Notes under the pieces: generated by a model
Databases searched by the model: none
What the model saw: the letters and a program-made list of their open reading frames with translations, nothing else
What the model was told of the DNA's origin: nothing
Shown: one piece after another, positions 1-10,547 of the stretch
How positions within the stretch are numbered: position 1 is the stretch's first letter
Layout: each line of letters begins with the position of its first letter
Translations under genes and position numbers: made by a program
Assembly (NCBI GenBank): GCA_046260585.1
Contig: JBHEOW010000001.1
Location: 45,242 to 109,241, forward strand
DNA length: 64,000 nucleotides
DNA from: Desulfotignum sp.
GTDB taxonomy: Bacteria; Desulfobacterota; Desulfobacteria; Desulfobacterales; Desulfobacteraceae
Direction: 5' to 3'

Positions 1-1
1 C

Positions 2-967
2 GAAAAAAACTGGACCATGACATCTTTTGCGGAAGGCGCCATTGCCCAGATCAAAGATGCTGTGGGGGATCAAAAAGTGATCATGGGCCTTTCTGGGGGT
101 GTGGATTCTTCAGTGGCTGCCACCCTTATCCACAAGGCCATCGGAAAAAATCTGTATTGTATTTTTGTTGACAACGGGCTTTTGCGGCACAATGAAAAAA
201 TCCAGCTGGAAAAACGGCTGGTTGCCAACCTGGACATGAACATCAAATTTGTGGATGCCGGTGAAATCTTTCTTACCGCCCTCAAAGGAATTACCGACCC
301 GGAAACCAAACGCAAAATTATCGGTAACCTGTTTATCCAGGTGTTTGATGCTGAGGCAAAAAAAATTCCAGGGGCCGGTTTCCTGGGACAGGGAACCCTT
401 TACCCGGATATCATTGAATCCAGATCTGCCTTTGGCGGCCCTACTTCCATCATCAAATCCCATCATAATGTGGGCGGACTTCCCGAAAAAATGAAACTCA
501 AACTCATTGAACCATTGCAGCTTTTGTTCAAGGATGAGGTTAGAAAACTGGGATTGACACTGGGAATTCATGAAGATCTGGTATGGCGACAGCCGTTTCC
601 CGGCCCGGGACTTGCCATCAGAATCATGGGGGATATCACTCCTGATCGTCTGAATATCTTAAGACAGACGGATACCATTCTATTGGAAGAAATCCGCAAG
701 GCCGGTCTTTACAGAAAACTGTGGCAGTCTTTTGCCGTGCTGCTGCCCGTAAAAAGCGTGGGGGTTATGGGCGATAAAAGAACTTTTGCCAATTGCGTAG
801 CCATTCGAGCGGTGAACAGTAACGATGCCATGACGGCAGACTGGGCAAAACTGCCCCACGAACTTTTGGGAAAAATATCCAACAGGATCATCAATGAAGT
901 GGATGACATCAACCGGGTGGTTTATGATATCACCTCAAAACCGCCGGGAACCATTGAGTGGGAATAA
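2..967 (+). CDS. guaA: GMP synthase (glutamine-hydrolysing), C-terminal ATP-pyrophosphatase and dimerisation part; 5' end lies outside the window
   Basis: The reading frame is open to the left edge (..ENWTMTSF..). PP-loop motif [12 protein letters not shown] is present and the C-terminus PPGTIEWE is typical of GuaA. The glutamine amidotransferase half is missing upstream. Confidence 0.95.
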   Translation, partial: EKNWTMTSFAEGAIAQIKDAVGDQKVIMGLSGGVDSSVAATLIHKAIGKNLYCIFVDNGLLRHNEKIQLEKRLVANLDMNIKFVDAGEIFLTALKGITDPETKRKIIGNLFIQVFDAEAKKIPGAGFLGQGTLYPDIIESRSAFGGPTSIIKSHHNVGGLPEKMKLKLIEPLQLLFKDEVRKLGLTLGIHEDLVWRQPFPGPGLAIRIMGDITPDRLNILRQTDTILLEEIRKAGLYRKLWQSFAVLLPVKSVGVMGDKRTFANCVAIRAVNSNDAMTADWAKLPHELLGKISNRIINEVDDINRVVYDITSKPPGTIEWE

Positions 968-1007
968 GGATATCAGTATGCCGGGGATGCAAAAGGAGAG
1001 ATAATTC

Positions 1008-1937
1008 ATGGGTCTGAAAGACTTTCACAGCAATGCATCTGATCTGTCTGAATCTGAAGAAGATGGTGACAGTATTGCATCTTCTTCGTATCTTCAGGAA
1101 CTCAACACCCTAAAGATTGATAAATTGTCCAACCGGGTCACTATTATCTCGGTGATGCTGCCGGTGCTCATCGGTGCTGTCCTGTTTTTCATTTATCTGG
1201 ACATAAAGGACCAGGTGGTGGATGTGGACATCTCCAAAACAAATCAAGTGGAGCACATGATCCGCAAGTCTGAAGAAAAACTCAATGCCCTGGATGTGAG
1301 AATCGCCAAAAACCAATTTGATCTGGATGAAAAGCTGCCGCAGCTGGAAAAAAAACTGGCATCCCTGGAAACCCAGATGGCACAAATCATCGCATCCAAA
1401 GCAGATGTGACCACGTTGGATGACAGCATTGCACGACTGGATACGGCACTGGCAAAGCAAGACCAGCGGATCCGAAACAATGCAGCCCAGAACAAAACCA
1501 ATGTGGAACAAATGGAGCGTATTAATGGGTCCCTTCTCACCGCTGTGCAGGAAACCCAGGAACAGGTTGAAAAGATATCCCGGGACATGGAAAAGAAGAT
1601 ATCATCCCTCAAAGAATCCATGGATACCAGGATTGTCGATCTTCAGACAATGCAAAAGAATCTGAGTCTTCTGGACAAACAGATCAAAGATGTGGAAAAA
1701 CAGATCATGAACCGCAAAGAAATTTCCCAGCGGTTTGCAGACCTGGAAAGCGCCTTGAAAAAAGCCATTTCAGAGCTGCAGGAAAAACTGAGAAAACCGG
1801 CATCTTCTGCCGGGCTTTTACTGGATAACCAATCCAAAAAGCAAACAACCGAATCCAGTGACACAAAGGCCGACCCCCTTCCGGACACAGCAGTTCCTGT
1901 CACAGATTCCATATCCGAAGACAACCTTACCCAGTAA
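1008..1937 (+). CDS. membrane-anchored coiled-coil protein, function unknown
   Basis: 309-aa ORF with a GGAGAG RBS just upstream. It has an acidic N-terminus, one hydrophobic helix (VTIISVMLPVLIGAVLFFIYL) and a long heptad-like charged region. I recognise no family. Confidence 0.6.
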   Translation: MGLKDFHSNASDLSESEEDGDSIASSSYLQELNTLKIDKLSNRVTIISVMLPVLIGAVLFFIYLDIKDQVVDVDISKTNQVEHMIRKSEEKLNALDVRIAKNQFDLDEKLPQLEKKLASLETQMAQIIASKADVTTLDDSIARLDTALAKQDQRIRNNAAQNKTNVEQMERINGSLLTAVQETQEQVEKISRDMEKKISSLKESMDTRIVDLQTMQKNLSLLDKQIKDVEKQIMNRKEISQRFADLESALKKAISELQEKLRKPASSAGLLLDNQSKKQTTESSDTKADPLPDTAVPVTDSISEDNLTQ

Positions 1938-2057
1938 GACCCATGCTCTGGATGAATAGGGTCAGCCTTGTTTTATGGAAAATTGGGTTGAACTCTCAGG
2001 CGAATTGGGGTATATCTGCATTATCTGCCGGACCACCCATTGACATAAGGAACCGTC

Positions 2058-2240
2058 ATGTCCAAACAACACCCTGAATGCCCCCTTTACAATCACTCAA
2101 CCTGCAGAGAACTGCATAATCCCAAGCTTTGTGCCATTATTCGGGAGGACCGGATGTGTTTAAAAAAACAGCAAAAAACCAAAAAAGATGGCCCGGATGA
2201 ATCCCCCGGTCAGGAATCCGGCACCGATTCCCCTATTTGA
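2058..2240 (+). CDS. small Cys-rich hypothetical protein (60 aa)
   Basis: ATG preceded by AAGGAA. Four Cys in the first 34 residues (ECP..STC..KLC..RMC) are followed by a basic/acidic tail. The 3' end overlaps the convergent mltD-like gene by 31 nt. Coding status is uncertain. Confidence 0.35.
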   Translation: MSKQHPECPLYNHSTCRELHNPKLCAIIREDRMCLKKQQKTKKDGPDESPGQESGTDSPI

Positions 2241-3340
2241 CCACCAACCACCAGTCTGTCCCCTGGATGGATCACTTTATGTAAAGAGATATTATTGATC
2301 CGCAGCAGAGAAGCCAGGGGCATTTTGTAATTTTTGGCAATACTAATCAGGCTTTCACCGGATTTTACCACATGAATCCGCGTATTTGCCTGGCTTTGCC
2401 ACACTTCATACACATCGGCAAACCGCGTGTTGAAATCTTTTTCATGGCCCTTTGGAACCAGCAGTGTTGTCTGGCCAGGTGAAAGATAATATCCCCTGAT
2501 CTCCGGATTCATGTCCTTAAGGGTCTTAAAAGAAATACCTGCAGCCTGTGCAATGAGAACCAGGGGGATTTGGTTGTCTGATGTGAAATTGAGCCGGGAA
2601 AACGTAAACACCGGGTACAGATCCTCGGGTTCAAGATGAAATCCATATTTTTCAGGATATTCCAGTATTAATTTGGCAGCAATGAGTTTGTATATATACT
2701 GCTGGGTTTCCAGGGGCAGATACAGATCAAAAAATTGCCGGGTCTGCTGGGCATCGATTTCAACAGCAAGCCCGTGCTCTCCCATGTTGTAAGCAGCTAA
2801 CGCCAGGGGAAAAGAACCGAATTCATCAAACAGCTTTTTCAAATAAAGACTGGCGGCCCGGGTTGATAGAAAAATATTGCGGCGTTCATCCACCTGGTCG
2901 TCGATGCGCAATCCATACCGCAGGCCCGTATTTTTCAAAAACTGCCAGTACCCTACGGCATGTGCGGATGATCTGGCATGAGGCCTGAGGGCGCTTTCTA
3001 TGACCGGTACATATTTGAGGTCATCCGGCATCTGTTCCCGGGCCAGTATCTGCTGGATATGGGGAAAAAGCATTGCAGCCCGTTTTATCCACAGGATCAC
3101 CTGGGGTCTGTTCCATAATGCCAGCAGCATTGCTTTTTCCAGTTCCGCCCTGACATGGGATTTTTCAAGGGGTACACGGGTATTGCAAAAAACAATATCG
3201 TCGGGAAACCGGATGCTCTGAATAAGGGACGGAATGGGCTCCAGGGCGGAAGCATTTTGTTCCGCGCCTGCAAGATTGGAAAAAAGCGGCACTATAGAAA
3301 TTACCACCCAGACAGCAGATTTCAAAATTATATGTCGCAT
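2210..3340 (-). CDS. mltD: lytic murein transglycosylase with C-terminal LysM domain (MltD-like)
   Basis: SLT-type catalytic region (ESALRP..SSAHAVGYWQF..AAYNMGE) and a C-terminal LysM (HVVKSGESLISIAKNYKMPLASLLRINNI). I chose the start at the ATG giving signal peptide MRHIILKSAVWVVISIVPLFSNLAGA. The ORF track extends to 3382. Confidence 0.85.
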   Translation of the reverse strand: MRHIILKSAVWVVISIVPLFSNLAGAEQNASALEPIPSLIQSIRFPDDIVFCNTRVPLEKSHVRAELEKAMLLALWNRPQVILWIKRAAMLFPHIQQILAREQMPDDLKYVPVIESALRPHARSSAHAVGYWQFLKNTGLRYGLRIDDQVDERRNIFLSTRAASLYLKKLFDEFGSFPLALAAYNMGEHGLAVEIDAQQTRQFFDLYLPLETQQYIYKLIAAKLILEYPEKYGFHLEPEDLYPVFTFSRLNFTSDNQIPLVLIAQAAGISFKTLKDMNPEIRGYYLSPGQTTLLVPKGHEKDFNTRFADVYEVWQSQANTRIHVVKSGESLISIAKNYKMPLASLLRINNISLHKVIHPGDRLVVGGQIGESVPDS

Positions 3341-3626
3341 AAACACCCGGAAAAATACATTAACACAAAGACATGCCATCATTGCAGATCAGAAATGAAA
3401 AGTCAATTAATTGCCGGTTCCATTCTCCGGACTGAATATTTGCCATACGCATGCCAGGTTTTCGATCGTTCTGTGCAGCATTCTGTCCCAGCCCCGCCCC
3501 TGGTGGTGTCCCAAGAAGCACACGCTACTATAACAAATATTGAGCTCTGGATATTTGCCTTTTCAATTTATCTTTGATATGCCATAATTCAATGAAAAAT
3601 CAACCCAAATCGTATTGGAAAAATTC

Positions 3627-4388
3627 ATGCTGTCCTTCTTAAAAGAGATCATCACTCGGGCCGGTGATATCTGCCTGGCAGAACAGGAACATCTGACCAC
3701 AGATGATCTTGCATTTAAAAGCAGAAAAGATCTGGTCACTGCCACGGACAAAAAAGTGGAGGCATTCATTGCACGGCAGATCCAGTCACAATTTCCGGCC
3801 CACGGCTTTCTCGGAGAAGAATCCGGCCGGTCCGGCAGCACAGGTGAGTTTCTCTGGATCATAGATCCCATTGATGGCACAACTTCTTTTTTCCACGGAC
3901 AGCCGTATTATGCGGTGAGCATTGCCCTGGAAAAAGCTGGTGAAACTATTCTGGGCGGGGTATTTGCCCCGGCTCTAGGACAATTGTTTTATGCACAAAA
4001 AGACAAGGGGGCATTTTTAAATGAACGGCCCATCCGGGTTACCGATACCAGAACCCCGGAAAATGCGGTTATGGCCACAGGGTTTGCCTGCCTTCGGGCC
4101 GGACTTGCACACAATAATCTGGTGAATTTCAACCGGATTGTTCCCCAGCTGCGGGATATCCGTCGGTGCGGATCCGCCGCCATTGATCTGTGTTATGTGG
4201 CGTGCGGCAAACTGGACGGATTTTGGGAAATGAACCTTCATGTGTATGATGTTGCCGCAGGCATATTGGTGGTGACAGAAGCCGGTGGCACTGTATCTGA
4301 CTTCAACGGGGAAACCCATTTTCCTGAAAACGGCATAATAGCCGCCAATCAACGACTTGCTCCCTTTCTGGTGGACCAGTTACAATAA
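3627..4388 (+). CDS. suhB: inositol monophosphatase family protein (SuhB-like)
   Basis: IMPase motifs GEESG and WIIDPIDGTTSFFHG, plus the C-terminal WDVAAG-like YDVAAG. ATG at 3627; the track start at 3615 is a TTG. Confidence 0.85.
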   Translation: MLSFLKEIITRAGDICLAEQEHLTTDDLAFKSRKDLVTATDKKVEAFIARQIQSQFPAHGFLGEESGRSGSTGEFLWIIDPIDGTTSFFHGQPYYAVSIALEKAGETILGGVFAPALGQLFYAQKDKGAFLNERPIRVTDTRTPENAVMATGFACLRAGLAHNNLVNFNRIVPQLRDIRRCGSAAIDLCYVACGKLDGFWEMNLHVYDVAAGILVVTEAGGTVSDFNGETHFPENGIIAANQRLAPFLVDQLQ

Positions 4389-4423
4389 CGCCATTTTTAA
4401 AAAAAAACAAAAAGAATCACCCC

Positions 4424-5269
4424 ATGAACATACAATGGTTCCCCGGCCATATGCTGGAAACACAAAAATTATTACAAAAATCTGCTGCAAAAGTGGATGC
4501 CATACTGGAAATTCTGGATGCCAGGATTCCAAAGGCCAGTGAAAATCCTCTGGTTGACAAATTATGCCGGAATAAAAACCGGGTAAAAATACTCAACAAA
4601 ATTGATCTGGCAGATCCCGTTATAACCGCCCAGTGGGTGACCTATTTTCAAAAAGAACAAAACATTCATGCCGTTGCCATTAATGCGACAGACAAATCCC
4701 TTGCCTTTCGTGCCCTTGATTATTGTGTGCAGCAAATGCAGCGGAATCGGGCACGCAAACTCAAGCTCATGGTGGTGGGAATACCCAATACCGGAAAATC
4801 AACCCTGTTGAACACACTGGCCGGCAAAAAAATTGCCAGAACCGGAAATGTTCCGGCAATAACCCGGCATCAGCAGAGAACCAGTTTGAAAAACAATATC
4901 GATATCTACGATACCCCCGGAATTCTCTGGCCGGTTATCGAACCTGTGCACCGGGCCTATGCCCTGGCGGTCAGTGGTGCGATTTCCGATACAGCCGTGG
5001 ATTATCATGATATCGCTTTTTTTGCAGCAGCGCTTCTGATGAAACGGTATCCGGATCTGCTGCTGTCCCGGTACCGTTTTCTAGACCGCCTGCCTGCTGA
5101 TGAAACAGATCTTATCGAACGTATCGGTGCTGCAAGAGGGTGTCTGAAAGCCAAAGGCCAGATCAATTATCAAAAAGCCGCAGAAATTCTCATACGGGAT
5201 CTTCGGGCAGGGAAAATCGGCAGAATCAGCCTTGAAACACCAAATGATGAGGAAAAAAACAGTGCGTAA
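4424..5269 (+). CDS. rbgA: ribosome biogenesis GTPase A (YlqF/RbgA)
   Basis: N-terminal WFPGHM and a circularly permuted GTPase motif order: NKIDL, then GIPNTGKST, then DTPG. Confidence 0.9.
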   Translation: MNIQWFPGHMLETQKLLQKSAAKVDAILEILDARIPKASENPLVDKLCRNKNRVKILNKIDLADPVITAQWVTYFQKEQNIHAVAINATDKSLAFRALDYCVQQMQRNRARKLKLMVVGIPNTGKSTLLNTLAGKKIARTGNVPAITRHQQRTSLKNNIDIYDTPGILWPVIEPVHRAYALAVSGAISDTAVDYHDIAFFAAALLMKRYPDLLLSRYRFLDRLPADETDLIERIGAARGCLKAKGQINYQKAAEILIRDLRAGKIGRISLETPNDEEKNSA

Positions 5270-7334
5270 ATTTGTGTCGTATCCATTGAAAAAACCGTCC
5301 AAACCTGTATGCATTATAGCCCTTGGTATATGTATGCTCTTGTCTGCCTTGTGTACTCCGGCATTGTCCGACCAGGTCACCCTGGCCCCCAAAACCACTC
5401 ATATGATTCAGTGTGTCAAGATTGTGGCGGCCCTGGAGCGTGACCATTATCTGGGTAAGCACATGGACAACGTTTTGTCCGCCCAGATTTTTGACCGGTA
5501 TATCACCCTTTTGGATCCCTCCAGACACCTGTTCACCCAAAAAGATATGGACCGGCTCAATTTATCCCGACATCGGTTTGAAAAAGACCTTAAAAAAGGG
5601 AATCTCTCATTTGCCTATGACATTTACAATCTGTATCATCACCGTGCCGCCCAGCGGCTGGAATATGTCCTGTCGTTGATAAAGACGTGGGAAACAGACC
5701 TGGATCTGCATACCCAGCACTCTTTTGTTATTGACAATAAACAGAGGTCCTGGCAGCAGTCTTTTGAAAACCTGCAGACCTTATGGAAAAAAGAGCTGCT
5801 CAACCATATCATTACCCTGAAACTGGACAACCAGAAGCATTCCGACATAACCGACACACTTGAAAAAATCTATGCCAGCCGCCAGAGCCGGCTGTCCCAG
5901 ACCAATACCAATGATGTATTTCAATTGTTTATGAACAGTGTCACAGAAAGTTTTGATCCCCATACCCAATATTTTCCCCCCCGGGTATCAGAGGACTTTG
6001 ATATCCATATGAGCCTTTCCCTGGAAGGAATCGGTGCGGTACTGCAAACGGAATACGGATATACCAAAGTGCTGCGCCTGATTCCCAAAGGTCCTGCCGA
6101 CAAATCCAATCTGCTGGTGCCCGGCGACAAGATCATCGGTGTGGGCCAGGGAAAAAACGGCGAGATAAAAGATACCATTGGCCAGCGCATTGATGAAGTA
6201 GTGAAATTGATCCGGGGACCCAAAAACACCTATGTGCGGTTAAAAATCATTCCCGCCAAAAAAACGGATTCCACCGCCACCATCAGTATCAAACGCGAAA
6301 AGGTGAAACTGGAAGAACAGGCTGCAAAAAAACAGATAATCACCATTGTTTCACAAAAGAAAAATTATAAAATAGGCATCATTGAAATCCCCAATTTTTA
6401 TATTGATTTTGCCGCCTATCACAAGGGTGACAAAAATTATAAAAGCACCACCATGGATGTGAAAAAACTGCTGTTTGAGCTCAAAGAAGAAGATATTGAC
6501 GGCCTGATCGTGGATCTGAGGGACAATGGCGGCGGATCTTTAAAGGAAGCAAATGATCTGACAGGGCTTTTTCTCACCTCAGGGCCAACGGTTCAGATCA
6601 GAACCAAAAACCAGGTGAACCGGCTCTATGATGAGGATCCAACCATCCAGTATACCGGCCCGATGCTGGTATTAATCAACCGGATGAGCGCATCTGCATC
6701 TGAAATTTTTGCCGGTGCCATCAAAGATTATCACCGGGGATTGGTGGTGGGGACCACAAGTTTCGGCAAGGGGACGGTACAGGAACTCAAGCCTGTGGGG
6801 GAGGGAAAACTCAAACTTACCTCCGCCAAATTCTATCGGGTTTCCGGGGAAAGCACCCAGCACCGGGGAGTAATGCCCGATATCCTTTTTCCCCGAATCT
6901 ACAAACTGGAAGATACCGGTGAAAGCTCTTTGGACGGAGCTCTTCTCTGGGATGCGATTCCCGGCATCCAATATCAGGCATATCCGCCATTGATCCCTTT
7001 GTATGAACCTTTGACCCGGCAATACCAAGACAGGATCAGCCATGATCCTGGCATGGTATATCTGAAGAAGCAGCTGGAATTGACAACCCGGCTGGGACAG
7101 CAAACGGATCTGTCGTTGAATATCGAAAAAAGGCGCCAAAAACGTATCTTGCAGGAACAAGCGGAACTGGAAATTGAAAACGAATATCTGGTGGCTTCAG
7201 GAAAGGATCCCATAGATACCCTTGAAGCCCGGGATGCCAAAATCAACGGATATAAGGATATCCTTTTACAACAGGCCCAGAGGATCATGGCAGATTTTAT
7301 CCCTCTTGCAAAACAGAATGGATATGCATGGTAA
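5244..7334 (+). CDS. prc: carboxy-terminal processing (tail-specific) protease, S41 family
   Basis: About 696 aa with a signal-like N-terminus and a PDZ region. S41 motifs DLRDNGGGS and LINRMSASASEIFAGAIKD are present. ATG at 5244/5247 (the track start 5232 is TTG). It overlaps the rbgA 3' end. Confidence 0.9.
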   Translation: MMRKKTVRKFVSYPLKKPSKPVCIIALGICMLLSALCTPALSDQVTLAPKTTHMIQCVKIVAALERDHYLGKHMDNVLSAQIFDRYITLLDPSRHLFTQKDMDRLNLSRHRFEKDLKKGNLSFAYDIYNLYHHRAAQRLEYVLSLIKTWETDLDLHTQHSFVIDNKQRSWQQSFENLQTLWKKELLNHIITLKLDNQKHSDITDTLEKIYASRQSRLSQTNTNDVFQLFMNSVTESFDPHTQYFPPRVSEDFDIHMSLSLEGIGAVLQTEYGYTKVLRLIPKGPADKSNLLVPGDKIIGVGQGKNGEIKDTIGQRIDEVVKLIRGPKNTYVRLKIIPAKKTDSTATISIKREKVKLEEQAAKKQIITIVSQKKNYKIGIIEIPNFYIDFAAYHKGDKNYKSTTMDVKKLLFELKEEDIDGLIVDLRDNGGGSLKEANDLTGLFLTSGPTVQIRTKNQVNRLYDEDPTIQYTGPMLVLINRMSASASEIFAGAIKDYHRGLVVGTTSFGKGTVQELKPVGEGKLKLTSAKFYRVSGESTQHRGVMPDILFPRIYKLEDTGESSLDGALLWDAIPGIQYQAYPPLIPLYEPLTRQYQDRISHDPGMVYLKKQLELTTRLGQQTDLSLNIEKRRQKRILQEQAELEIENEYLVASGKDPIDTLEARDAKINGYKDILLQQAQRIMADFIPLAKQNGYAW

Positions 7335-10300
7335 AAATGCGGGGTGCCATATATACTGCTGCCTGCCTCATTACCCTGGCTGTGGCAGCGCTTTTTATGC
7401 TGGAGCCTGCCCTCAATTCCCGGTATGTCAAAGACCGGATTGCAACATTCATTGAAAAAAAAACCGGCGCTGTTCTTGCACCCGACCAGATGGTGTTCAC
7501 CGTGTTTCCCCATCCCGGGGTACGGCTGCAGGCAGCCGATCTGCCGCTGACAAGGGCTATGGGCATTCATATCAATGCCATACAGATACAGCTGGATATG
7601 GCACAACTGCTGCGCGGCAGGGTAATGGCTTCAAAAATTCTACTGCAGGACATGGATATCCGTTTCACCCCTGATGCTGATGCCACCCGGGAGCGTCTCC
7701 AGAATGCATTTTCTTTTCCATTTCCCCAAAACCAGGTAACCAGATTGTTTGCCCTGTTGGCGGAGAACCAGAAAAACATTGAACTGATTTTACAAAATAG
7801 CAGAACCAGTTTTTTCACGTCTCTTGACGGAACCCTCATACTTTCACCATCCGACCAGACCATACAGTGCAATATGAGCATCCGGGATATCCACATCAAA
7901 AAAAAAGAGCTCCTCCAATTTCTTCCCTATGAAAATTTTGCGTTGGATACGCTTGCATCTTCCGGAGCGAACCTGCAAATCGAACTGAATGCACACTCAG
8001 GTTTTACCGGAAATCTTACAATGGAACAATTTGTAATCAGGTCGGATAAGCTTGCTGAAAAATCCATTACCGGCAGGAGCCTGAATCTTATGTTCAACGG
8101 TTCCAGAGACAACCTGTTTTTACGCCTTGAACCAGTACATCTGGATTATCCTGCTGCCCGTGTATCCATGGAATTTTCAGATGACAGAAAACAGCAGGAA
8201 ACAAGCGTTACCTTTTGGGGAAATGATATTGACATGGCCCAGGCACGGCAAACCAGCCTGGCAATAGCCCCAAAAAATCCGGTAGTGTCCCGATTGTTCG
8301 ATATCCTTCGTAAGGGAACAGCATCCAGTGTTTCGGTAAAATTCCAGGGCAGGTCTGTGACATCGTTGTTTGATCCAAAACAGATGATGCTTTCAGGAAC
8401 TGCCAAAAATGCTGTGATCAAAATACCTGAAACGCAGATTTTTACCAAAGAGGTAAACGGCAGTGCACAGATTACCAAAGGCGTGCTTGAAATTGCCGCC
8501 AACCAGGGTAAGATGGGCAACAGCCGTATCCGCAAAGGACAGCTTGACATCGATCTGATGAACCACAAGGATATCCCCTTTACGGGAACATTTGATCTGA
8601 ATGTGGATTTATCGGAAGTGCCCGGTATTCTGATCTCTCTTCTGCCCGACACCGTGCTTGCAAAAGAACTGGACCGGGTAAGTCAGGTGCAGGGACAGGT
8701 TGATACCCGCCTTGATCTGGGCAGAAGAAAAGGGCAAAAAGAACTGACCGTCTCTGTGGCGGCCGAGCCCTTTTCCGGCACTGGATATTATGACCGCATC
8801 CCATTTCCCATACGTATTTCCAAAGGCCGGTTTGCATATGCGGACAACCAGGTTTTTCTCACTGATTTTTCAGGCCGTATCGGCGCCAATCTTTTGAATG
8901 GTGTTACAGCACAGGTGGATCTTACCACAAATGCATGGGTGACCTTGTCTGCCAAAACCCTTGATATCAGTATTGCGGATATTCTGTCCCAGGACCGATT
9001 TCTGGAAAAAATCAAAAAGGTTATGGGGCCGGTTGACTATGTACAGGGCCGATTACTGTTTGACCAGCTTCATTTTGAGGGACCTGCCCTTGAACCGGAC
9101 CAATGGACCTGGAACCTGTCTGGATCAGGCCATGACATCCAGGCAGGAATTTCTCCGGCATCCAGAGAGATTCAACATTTGTCCGGCCGATTCACCATAT
9201 CTGAAACATCCATTTCCACCAAAGACCTTACAGCGGTTATTTTTGATCTGAACTGGTTATCCCATGTATTGGAATCTGAACAGGCAGCCAGTATCGCCCT
9301 GCCCCTGACCCTGGAAAATGGCACAGTGCATATTTCCCAAAAAAGCACTACCATTACCGGATCTTTGCTGTTTGCATCAAAAATCCGGCTTTCTGTAGAG
9401 CTGGAAGGCGATACCCTCCAGGATCTGCAACCACAAAAGGTGATGCTGAAAGACGATGCTTTGACAAATGCAATGATCATGATTAATTGGGATACTGACA
9501 AACCCCTGGTCCGGTTTGAAGGACACCTGGATACGAGAACCCTTTTTGCCATGATGGTTACGGATTCTTTGCTCCACAGACGGCTCATTTCCTTGAATGG
9601 GGGGGTTCCCATGAAAATATATACGGATGATCATTCCAGGCTGCACATTGACACGCAACAACTTTATCTGGAACCGCTGGGTTCTGTCTTGGACACAAAA
9701 AAGATACTGAAATACCGGCTGCTGCCGGATCAGACACCAATTGGGTTGAACGCCGACAGCATGGTATATCACGATTATGCCTTTTCCGATATAGCGGCTG
9801 TTGTTGCATATGACCGGCAAAAAACCGAGATTCAATTGGTTTCAGCTGATCTATGCGGCCTTACCATTTCGGGTCATACAGCACTTGGCCAGGCACATTC
9901 CGGCATCCGGGGCACCGGACGTGCCACCATCCAGGCCACAGATCAGAATGATATCGAACCTGTGCTTTCTTGTCTTTTTCCGGACCGGCACCTGATGGAC
10001 GGCACCTATTCTTTTGTGGCCAACCTGACCGCAGAGGGGTTGGTACAATCGTTTCAAAACAACACAAACGGACGGATCAGTTTTACCTCCCAAAACGGAC
10101 GGATTTATAAAATGACATTGATTTCACGGCTGCTGTCCGTACTCAATATTCTGAATCTGCCGGATATGAACCAGACAGGATTCAAGTACCGCCGTTTTCT
10201 TGTGGAAGCAAAGGTTGAAAAAGGGATCATTCACCTGGAAAAAGCGGTTATTGATGCGGAAAATATGGCCCTTATTTTTTCTGGGCAAATATCTCCCTTT

Positions 10301-10546
10301 GAAAATACCCTGGACCTTACCTGTCTGGTGGCTCCTTTTAAAACCATTGATACCATCATTCAGTATATTCCCCTGGTTAACACAATTCTCAGCGGCCGTC
10401 TGGTGTCTTTTCCAGCCAAAGCCACCGGAACCATAACCGATCCTGTGATTACCCCGCTGCATCCTTCAGCGGTGGGAGAAGGACTTATGAACCTGTTGAC
10501 CGATATCATAAAAAGTCCCGGCAGACTGCTGGAACAAGTGCCCTGA
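7328..10546 (+). CDS. large AsmA-family / YhdP-like envelope protein
   Basis: 1072 aa with a single N-terminal TM helix (AIYTAACLITLAVAALFML) and a long beta-rich body. The C-terminal segment (..VEKGIIHLEKAVIDAENMALIFSGQI..) resembles the AsmA/YhdP C-terminal region. The start overlaps the prc stop. Confidence 0.65.
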   Translation: MVKMRGAIYTAACLITLAVAALFMLEPALNSRYVKDRIATFIEKKTGAVLAPDQMVFTVFPHPGVRLQAADLPLTRAMGIHINAIQIQLDMAQLLRGRVMASKILLQDMDIRFTPDADATRERLQNAFSFPFPQNQVTRLFALLAENQKNIELILQNSRTSFFTSLDGTLILSPSDQTIQCNMSIRDIHIKKKELLQFLPYENFALDTLASSGANLQIELNAHSGFTGNLTMEQFVIRSDKLAEKSITGRSLNLMFNGSRDNLFLRLEPVHLDYPAARVSMEFSDDRKQQETSVTFWGNDIDMAQARQTSLAIAPKNPVVSRLFDILRKGTASSVSVKFQGRSVTSLFDPKQMMLSGTAKNAVIKIPETQIFTKEVNGSAQITKGVLEIAANQGKMGNSRIRKGQLDIDLMNHKDIPFTGTFDLNVDLSEVPGILISLLPDTVLAKELDRVSQVQGQVDTRLDLGRRKGQKELTVSVAAEPFSGTGYYDRIPFPIRISKGRFAYADNQVFLTDFSGRIGANLLNGVTAQVDLTTNAWVTLSAKTLDISIADILSQDRFLEKIKKVMGPVDYVQGRLLFDQLHFEGPALEPDQWTWNLSGSGHDIQAGISPASREIQHLSGRFTISETSISTKDLTAVIFDLNWLSHVLESEQAASIALPLTLENGTVHISQKSTTITGSLLFASKIRLSVELEGDTLQDLQPQKVMLKDDALTNAMIMINWDTDKPLVRFEGHLDTRTLFAMMVTDSLLHRRLISLNGGVPMKIYTDDHSRLHIDTQQLYLEPLGSVLDTKKILKYRLLPDQTPIGLNADSMVYHDYAFSDIAAVVAYDRQKTEIQLVSADLCGLTISGHTALGQAHSGIRGTGRATIQATDQNDIEPVLSCLFPDRHLMDGTYSFVANLTAEGLVQSFQNNTNGRISFTSQNGRIYKMTLISRLLSVLNILNLPDMNQTGFKYRRFLVEAKVEKGIIHLEKAVIDAENMALIFSGQISPFENTLDLTCLVAPFKTIDTIIQYIPLVNTILSGRLVSFPAKATGTITDPVITPLHPSAVGEGLMNLLTDIIKSPGRLLEQVP

Positions 10547-10547
10547 T

